Source: Polyangiales bacterium (GTDB lineage: Bacteria > Myxococcota_A > Polyangia > Polyangiales > Polyangiaceae). From it: 64,000 nt of DNA. The notes under the pieces were generated by a model. It was given only the letters and a program-made list of their open reading frames with translations. It did not search any database and had not been told where the DNA came from. This document shows positions 58,052-64,000 of this stretch, in pieces (within the stretch, counting starts at the first letter, position 1; the number at the start of each line of letters is the position of its first letter). The position numbers were made by a program, and so were the translations under genes. The stretch covers positions 32,001 to 96,000 of the forward strand of contig JBBRNJ010000024.1 of the NCBI GenBank assembly GCA_038230375.1, in the 5' to 3' direction.

Positions 58052-59143
58052 GTGGGTGAGCCGATCCGCTGGCACGCGCTGCCGAAGCAACCAACGCGAT
58101 GGATCTGGAGCCCAGCTGTGGACCTCCTGCTCATCGCAGGCGTCGGGTCCGTGGCTTTTGCCGTGCTCGCAGGTCTGGCGACCGCGGCGTTCCGTCCGTC
58201 CGCCGGGCTGATCGTCATCGCCTTCCTCCATCTAGGTGTATTGTGCAACTATCCACACTACGCCGCCACGTACTCCCTGGTGGTGAAGGAGCGCCGTGAG
58301 AAGCCACACGTCTTCAACGCGCTCATCCTTGCATCGCTGGTGATGATCGGCGTCGTGCTGTTCGGCGCGGTGCGGCCCGACCTGGTGCTGCGGCCGCTGG
58401 TGACGCTCTACCTGTGCTGGTCGGCGCATCACTACGCCGCGCAGCACTTTGGCGTGGCCTCCATGTATGCACACCGCCGCGGCGCGCCGCTCACGGGTAC
58501 TTCTCGCTCGCTGGCGCAGCTCGCATTCCTTCTGGTGGGCGTCTTCCTGATGCTGGTCATCGTGGACGACAGCCGGGCGTTCCAGGTGGCCGATGACGCA
58601 CGCTCCATTCCGCTCGAGATCCTCCCGGGCCTTGGCTATCCGCTCGCGCTGTGTGTCGGCGTCGTTGCGATCGCATCGTTCGGCGCCAGCGACTACCTGG
58701 CGCGACGAAAGGGCGGCCGCGGACTTTCGCCCATGGTGTGGGTGCTCTTCGGGACCAACGTGGCGTGGTTCATCGTGCCGCGCCTGCGGCTCCCCGGCGC
58801 GACCGCTCCGTGGACAGGAGATCTTGCGATCTGGCTTCCGTTCGCGATCCCGTTCTTTCATTGCACCCAGTACCTGGCCGTGTGCGGCTGGCGCGAGCGC
58901 GCGAAGACGGAGGTGCGCCCCGTGTTCTGGTTCATGGGACTCGTGGGCGTGGGGCTCCTCCTCTTCGAAGGCGTGGCCCGCGCGCTGCCGCATGTGACCC
59001 CGCTCGACGAGAACGGCGCGTTCATCCTGGTGCCAGCCGCGCTGAACGTGCACCACTTCTGGGTGGACGGGCGGATCTGGAAACGCCCGAAATCCCCCGC
59101 GGCACGTCACTTTGAATCGGGTGGATCGACCACGCTGAGATAG
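58052..59143 (+). CDS. Polytopic membrane protein with His motifs
   Basis: Multiple TM helices; PHYAAT, HHYAAQHFG, HCTQY, HHFWVDGRIW. Confidence 0.75.
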   Translation: MGEPIRWHALPKQPTRWIWSPAVDLLLIAGVGSVAFAVLAGLATAAFRPSAGLIVIAFLHLGVLCNYPHYAATYSLVVKERREKPHVFNALILASLVMIGVVLFGAVRPDLVLRPLVTLYLCWSAHHYAAQHFGVASMYAHRRGAPLTGTSRSLAQLAFLLVGVFLMLVIVDDSRAFQVADDARSIPLEILPGLGYPLALCVGVVAIASFGASDYLARRKGGRGLSPMVWVLFGTNVAWFIVPRLRLPGATAPWTGDLAIWLPFAIPFFHCTQYLAVCGWRERAKTEVRPVFWFMGLVGVGLLLFEGVARALPHVTPLDENGAFILVPAALNVHHFWVDGRIWKRPKSPAARHFESGGSTTLR

Positions 59144-60396
59144 CCGCATGGCGCGAGGTCCGCGAGGGTCTTCAATGGCTTGTTGCTCTCGAAGCGCTCC
59201 ATCGCCGGATGGCCGACCACGATCTTGTCACCGACGAATCCAACGAAGCCGAGCTGCGGCGCGCCGGGCAGGGGAGCGGGGAGCTGCACCTTGTCTGTCG
59301 TGCTCCCTTGCGCGAGCAGGATGGTGCCGTTCCCATCGTCCCACGCGACGCGTCCATGGGGATCCACGTCGCGATGCGTCGGATCTCCGTCGACGTCCGT
59401 CACCTTCTGCCAGGTCGTAGTGTCGTAGACCGTCACGCGATTGTGTTGCGGGTTCTCCACCATCAGGGCGAGGTACCGTTCATCGGCGGATAGCTCGGAG
59501 AGGCTTGCGCTGATCACGTTTGCGGCGACGCACACCTGCTCCTTCTCGACGTAGTGCTGAGTGTCGATTCGCGTGATGCAGATCCGCGTGGGTCTGCGCT
59601 TGATGCCGTTGGTCTCCACGGCGAGAGCACCGCCGTCCGCGAGCGGATGGAGATCGCCCGCCGCCATCTCGTTGCTGCGTTTGCCGCTTATGGCGTGGAG
59701 CTTTCCGGTGTCCAGGTCGATGACATGCGGTCGATACGTGCCGGCTCCGAGGCTCACGATCACGTGCGCGCCATCAGCGAGCACTGGATTTCGTCCAACG
59801 CGATCGCCCACCCGTGTCCACGTGCTCTTCCCGTCCTTCGCCCAGTAGATCTGGTTGTTCGCTTCCAGCACCGCGCTCTTGCCATCTGCGCTGAAGGCGA
59901 TGGGGGCTGCGCCGGGGCCGAACGCGAGCGACAGCGCGCGGGCGTGCTCGAGCTCCACCGCCATCGTGGGCGCGGCGAGCACTTCGAGCGCCGACCGTAC
60001 GCTTCCTGTCGCCGCCGCACGGCCGAGCGTGGGAAAGTCGTACGTCTCCGTCATGCAGCCTTTACGCAGATCGATCCGCGCAAGATAGGACGTGACGGCG
60101 CGAACCTGATGACCGGTGCGCGGCTCCACGTAGTCGATCATCCCGGTGACGGTGACCAGCGCCTCGTTTCCCCTTGAAGCAACGAGGTGAAAGGCATCCG
60201 GTGCCGTCAGCGTGAGATCGACCTCCTTCGGCCAGGTGGGCGTGGGCGGGGGCGCAGCGTCCGCAGCGTCGAGAGGTGATGCGTCCTCCACATGGCCGGG
60301 AGCCACGGGTGCCGAGCGCGATGCACACGACCCCACCACCCACGCCGAGCCCAAGGCCAGCATCAGGAAGAGGATGCGGTGCGCCGCGCGCGTCAT
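59107..60396 (-). CDS. Beta-propeller-like lipoprotein
   Basis: Lipobox VGSC; AFSADGK and LSADERYL blade motifs. Confidence 0.65.
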   Translation of the reverse strand: MTRAAHRILFLMLALGSAWVVGSCASRSAPVAPGHVEDASPLDAADAAPPPTPTWPKEVDLTLTAPDAFHLVASRGNEALVTVTGMIDYVEPRTGHQVRAVTSYLARIDLRKGCMTETYDFPTLGRAAATGSVRSALEVLAAPTMAVELEHARALSLAFGPGAAPIAFSADGKSAVLEANNQIYWAKDGKSTWTRVGDRVGRNPVLADGAHVIVSLGAGTYRPHVIDLDTGKLHAISGKRSNEMAAGDLHPLADGGALAVETNGIKRRPTRICITRIDTQHYVEKEQVCVAANVISASLSELSADERYLALMVENPQHNRVTVYDTTTWQKVTDVDGDPTHRDVDPHGRVAWDDGNGTILLAQGSTTDKVQLPAPLPGAPQLGFVGFVGDKIVVGHPAMERFESNKPLKTLADLAPCGYLSVVDPPDSK

Positions 60397-60474
60397 CGGA
60401 AGCATGTTCGCACGACCGACGGCCCGGTGCGGTGCGGGGTTCGGTGGCCCGGAAGTTGCTCGAGGTGGCGCGAC

Positions 60475-60999
60475 ATGAAAAATGGGGTCGATCTGCGTGC
60501 CGCCGCGTGCCAATTCAAGCTCCTGCGTGTCATCGCGATCATGGCGGGGATGATCGGATGCGGAGGGGCCATCGCGCCCACCGCTGCCGATGAGGGCGAC
60601 ACGAAGAGCGCAGGGTCATGTCCGACCGGGAGCTGCGCAGGCGACGAAGACGCGAGTCCATCCACCACGACCGCGGACGCCAGCGTGGACGCAGGTGCGG
60701 ACGCAATGCGGTGTGTCAGCGTCGACCCGAGCGCATTCAACCAGGCCTGCACGCAGGACGCAGACTGCGTGGCGGTGCCGGTGGGCAACATCTGCAACAC
60801 GGGGTCGTGTCTGTGCGCCGCCGGCGCGCTCAACGTGAGCGACGAACAGGTCTACCGGGATCACGTCAGTCAGCTGCTCGCGACATTGTCGACTCCGCAG
60901 GCGGGCTGCGGCTGCCCGTTCTTTGGCAACCCGAAGTGCATCGACGACATGTGCCGGACATGCGGTGGCGCGGGCCCCACGTGCCCCGACGGCGGCTGA
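60475..60999 (+). CDS. Cys-rich lipoprotein
   Basis: MIGC; ACTQDADCVAV...CLC...CGCP motifs. Confidence 0.65.
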   Translation: MKNGVDLRAAACQFKLLRVIAIMAGMIGCGGAIAPTAADEGDTKSAGSCPTGSCAGDEDASPSTTTADASVDAGADAMRCVSVDPSAFNQACTQDADCVAVPVGNICNTGSCLCAAGALNVSDEQVYRDHVSQLLATLSTPQAGCGCPFFGNPKCIDDMCRTCGGAGPTCPDGG

Positions 61000-61036
61000 T
61001 CCCTGGTGTACGCGGAGATTCGGCTACAGTTCAGGC

Positions 61037-62353
61037 ATGGCACAGGCACCCGGGCCTCGTTCACCAGCTGTCGCGCAGACCCTCCAGTACCTGGCACGTC
61101 CGGAGCAGTTCCTGACGGACTGCCACGCACGCTATGGCGATGTCTTCGGGATCGAGACCGTCATCTTCGGACGCGAGGTGTGCGTCGTGCGGCCGGAGCT
61201 CATCAAGCAGGTCTTCACGGGCAATCCCGACGAGCTGCGCGCTGGAGAAGCGAACGAGGCGCTCGGACCGCTGGTCGGGGACAAGAGCGTCCTCTTGCTG
61301 GACGGCAAGGAGCACCTCCGGCAGCGGCGCCTTCTCATGCCGCCGTTCCACGGTGAGCGCATGCTTGCCTATCGCGAGGCCATGCGCGAGATCACCGGTC
61401 GCACGATCGCGCGCTGGCAACCTGGCCGCACCATCGACATGCATGCAGAGATGCAGAGCATCACCATGGATGTGATCCTGCGCACGATCTTCGGCGCAGA
61501 GGACGCGCTCGCGGGCCCGCTCCGCACCAAGCTGACCGAGCTTCTCAGTCATCTGACCTCACCGCTCACCATGCTGGGCACCGTACCGGCGATGCGGAAG
61601 GACCTGTTCGGGCTGTCGCCCTGGGCGCGCTTCCAGCGCTCGATCAAGGGCGTGAATGCGCTCATCTACGAGCAGATCGCGCAACGACGCGCCGCCCTCG
61701 CGACGGACGCACAGCCAGGAGTGGACGTGCTGACCATGCTGCTCTCCGCCCGCGACGAGGACGGGAATCCGATGAGTGACGTAGAGCTTCGCGACGAGCT
61801 CGTCACGCTGCTGGTCGCTGGCCACGAGACGACCGCCACGGAGCTCGCGTGGGCGTTCGATCTGATATTGCGCGACCGCAGCGTGCGCACGCGCCTGGTC
61901 ACGGAGATAGAGACCGCTCGCGGCGACACCGATCGCATGCCGTACCTGGATGCCACCATCAAGGAGGTGCTGAGGCTCTGCCCCGTCATCCCCGCCGTGG
62001 GTCGCATGGTGAAGAAGCCGCTATCGCTCGGTGGCTTCGACATCCCGGAAGGCACCCTTGTGGTTCCGGGCGTGTGGCTCACGCACCGCCTGCCGGACGT
62101 GTACCCGGAGCCGTTGCAGTTCCGCCCGGAGCGCTTCCTGGATGCAAAGCCGGATCCGTACTCCTATCTGCCGTTCGGCGGTGGCATCCGGCGCTGCATC
62201 GGGCTCGCGTTCGCGCAGTTCGAGATGAAGATCGTGCTGTCCACGGTCCTGTCCACGGTCCGCCTGCGTCCGCTCGACAAAGACCGCGCGCGCGTGGCGC
62301 TGCGTGGGTTCACACACGCTCCAAAAGGCGGCGTGCCCGTGATGCTCGACTGA
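61037..62353 (+). CDS. Cytochrome P450
   Basis: AGHETT, EVLR, PERF and FGGGIRRCIG. Confidence 0.96.
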   Translation: MAQAPGPRSPAVAQTLQYLARPEQFLTDCHARYGDVFGIETVIFGREVCVVRPELIKQVFTGNPDELRAGEANEALGPLVGDKSVLLLDGKEHLRQRRLLMPPFHGERMLAYREAMREITGRTIARWQPGRTIDMHAEMQSITMDVILRTIFGAEDALAGPLRTKLTELLSHLTSPLTMLGTVPAMRKDLFGLSPWARFQRSIKGVNALIYEQIAQRRAALATDAQPGVDVLTMLLSARDEDGNPMSDVELRDELVTLLVAGHETTATELAWAFDLILRDRSVRTRLVTEIETARGDTDRMPYLDATIKEVLRLCPVIPAVGRMVKKPLSLGGFDIPEGTLVVPGVWLTHRLPDVYPEPLQFRPERFLDAKPDPYSYLPFGGGIRRCIGLAFAQFEMKIVLSTVLSTVRLRPLDKDRARVALRGFTHAPKGGVPVMLD

Positions 62354-62962
62354 CTATGTGCAGCCGGGGTCCGTCGGGGCGCAGAACTGCACGCTCACGC
62401 GATCGGCGGCAGTGGTGCCGTTGTCATCCGTCGCCGTCACGGACACGCCGGAGATGCCGTTGGAGGTCGCGAACGTGAACGTCGCAGTTTCGCCCTGGGC
62501 GAGCTGGGGCCCTGCGCTCCATTCAAACGTGATCTTCGATCCAGTCGGCGACGTGGCGGTCGCGTGAAACGTGATTGGCCGGCCGTAGGGAATCTTCAGC
62601 ACGCCACCGTCGTCGTGGGTGGGCTGGTCGATCACCACATGCGGCCTCGGATCTATGCACGGTCCATTCGGGCTCCCGCCCTTGGGGCACGACGTGCCGG
62701 CTGCGCACTGACTGCAGGGGCCCTCACACCGCTGCGACGAGCCAATGCCCAGGATGCCGTCGTCGTAGTGGCAGGTCCACCCCGACTCACAGTCGCCATC
62801 TCTCTTGCAGTTGCTGCCACCGCAATAGCCGGTCGTACAGATCTTGCTCCTGCAGTCGTCGTTGGAACCGCACGCGCTCCCGTCGGACTTCGGCGTCAGG
62901 AACGTGCAAGCCATCAGCGCGACCATGCACGTCACGATGAACGAACGAACTGTAGATCGCAT
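62354..62962 (-). CDS. Cys-rich lipoprotein with PKD-like domain
   Basis: Lipobox LMAC; Cys repeats; ITFHAT...FEWS...VSVTATDDNG. Confidence 0.7.
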   Translation of the reverse strand: MRSTVRSFIVTCMVALMACTFLTPKSDGSACGSNDDCRSKICTTGYCGGSNCKRDGDCESGWTCHYDDGILGIGSSQRCEGPCSQCAAGTSCPKGGSPNGPCIDPRPHVVIDQPTHDDGGVLKIPYGRPITFHATATSPTGSKITFEWSAGPQLAQGETATFTFATSNGISGVSVTATDDNGTTAADRVSVQFCAPTDPGCT

Positions 62963-63081
62963 GGGCCTCCACCGGGAGCAGTGCCACGACAGACGCATGA
63001 TCAGACAGTCAGTAGGTCGATTTCCTCGCGCAGTTGCCTCCCCGCGCTCCGCCTGAGTCGCCAGTGTGCGAGAATGGGGTG

Positions 63082-63687
63082 ATGGACCTGCGGCATGGAT
63101 CGATCGCAGGCGCTCTCGTCTTCTTGCTGAGCGCTGCGTGTCATCGCGGAGAGGGCGTGACCGCCGATGGCACGCAGACATCGGCGCCGGTCACGGTCAC
63201 GGCGGAGGGCGGGACTGCAACACCAAGGAGCGTGTCCTTGTCGACCACGCCGCACCCGCTCATCGATGGGGGCGCCGTGTTGGGTTGTCGAGCGAGCTAC
63301 AACTGCGGGCTCAGTCATCCGGGCCTCGGCTCGAGCTCCAACGAGACGGCGGTCGACCTCACGACGTGCACGAAGACCGTGTCGAGCGAGAGCGGGCCGT
63401 GGGAGTCGACCCGACTGCCCCCCGGCCAGGTCGATCCGCAACGGAAGAGCAAGCGCGAGGCGACCAAGATCGACAAGGCGGTGTGCGCGCGCGTGGGCGT
63501 GCTCGCCGCGGCCGTGACCGACGCCGACACGCGCGATCAGGAGGCCGCGCACATGGATTCGACGGCGTGCTCGCTGCGGCTCACGTGCGGTGCCGAAGCC
63601 GCGCAGATCTACACGGTTCAGCGGCAGACGCTGACCGGCAGTGGCCACGTGGTGGAGCTGATTCGCGCCATCCAAACGGCGCAATGA
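63082..63687 (+). CDS. Lipoprotein, hypothetical
   Basis: Lipobox SAAC; paired Cys. Confidence 0.6.
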   Translation: MDLRHGSIAGALVFLLSAACHRGEGVTADGTQTSAPVTVTAEGGTATPRSVSLSTTPHPLIDGGAVLGCRASYNCGLSHPGLGSSSNETAVDLTTCTKTVSSESGPWESTRLPPGQVDPQRKSKREATKIDKAVCARVGVLAAAVTDADTRDQEAAHMDSTACSLRLTCGAEAAQIYTVQRQTLTGSGHVVELIRAIQTAQ

Positions 63688-63825
63688 GCGTCAGTGACCC
63701 CCGGATCGTTTCGGGTCGCCTGAGCTCGAACGAAAGAACACGGAGTGCCGCCCTTTTGTGCGGTATGCTCCAGCTAGTGGTGCGGGGCTCGTGAGGGCGC
63801 CACAAAAAAGCCGGGGAGAATGCAC

Positions 63826-64000
63826 ATGAAACTGTCTTCGCGTCATGTCGTGCTCGTGTCGTCACTCGCGCTCTGCGGCGCCGGTTTTTGGGTCGGCTGC
63901 GGCGGTGACTCTTCCAGTGGCAGCGTTGGGTCGGGAACGGACTCAGGCATCTCGCCCACGACGGACTCCGGCACGTCGAACCCCGGCACTGATGCTGGCG
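63826..64000 (+). CDS. 5' part of a lipoprotein, truncated by window edge
   Basis: GGAG RBS; MKLSSRHVVLVSSLALCGAGFWVGCGGD... Confidence 0.65.
   Translation, partial: MKLSSRHVVLVSSLALCGAGFWVGCGGDSSSGSVGSGTDSGISPTTDSGTSNPGTDAG

Noticed and set aside
63753..63810. TTTTGTG...CACAAAA inverted repeat as a riboswitch or ncRNA
   Set aside because: Only 7 bp of pairing and no recognisable aptamer motif.

Overview
GC-rich, gene-dense window. Gene content (Hanks-type Ser/Thr kinases, TPR/PEGA proteins, many Cys-rich lipoproteins, a GltC-like TPR protein) points to a myxobacterium, probably Polyangiaceae-like; this is an inference. I found no rRNA, tRNA, CRISPR array or intact mobile element. Main content: (1) a 7.7-kb cluster (36109-43827) with five multiheme c-type cytochromes (about 61 heme motifs by manual count, including a 25-motif protein), a putative outer-membrane beta-barrel and a NapC/NirT-family quinol dehydrogenase, i.e. 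a candidate porin-cytochrome extracellular electron transfer conduit; (2) a single operon joining a caa3-type oxidase to a Rieske/cytochrome b(c) complex (7963-14223); (3) two 'membrane kinase, TPR-PEGA outer-membrane protein, lipoprotein' modules, one with the TPR-PEGA part fused to a TonB-dependent receptor; (4) a TerB-like domain fused to a PPP-family phosphatase; (5) a beta-helix/diheme cytochrome pair with a frameshift, a sigma54 promoter and a palindromic enhancer; (6) a decayed ArsR-SRPBCC operon and a hexamer repeat next to paired palindromes. All calls come from reading motifs by eye. Start codons are best estimates and no database searches were run.
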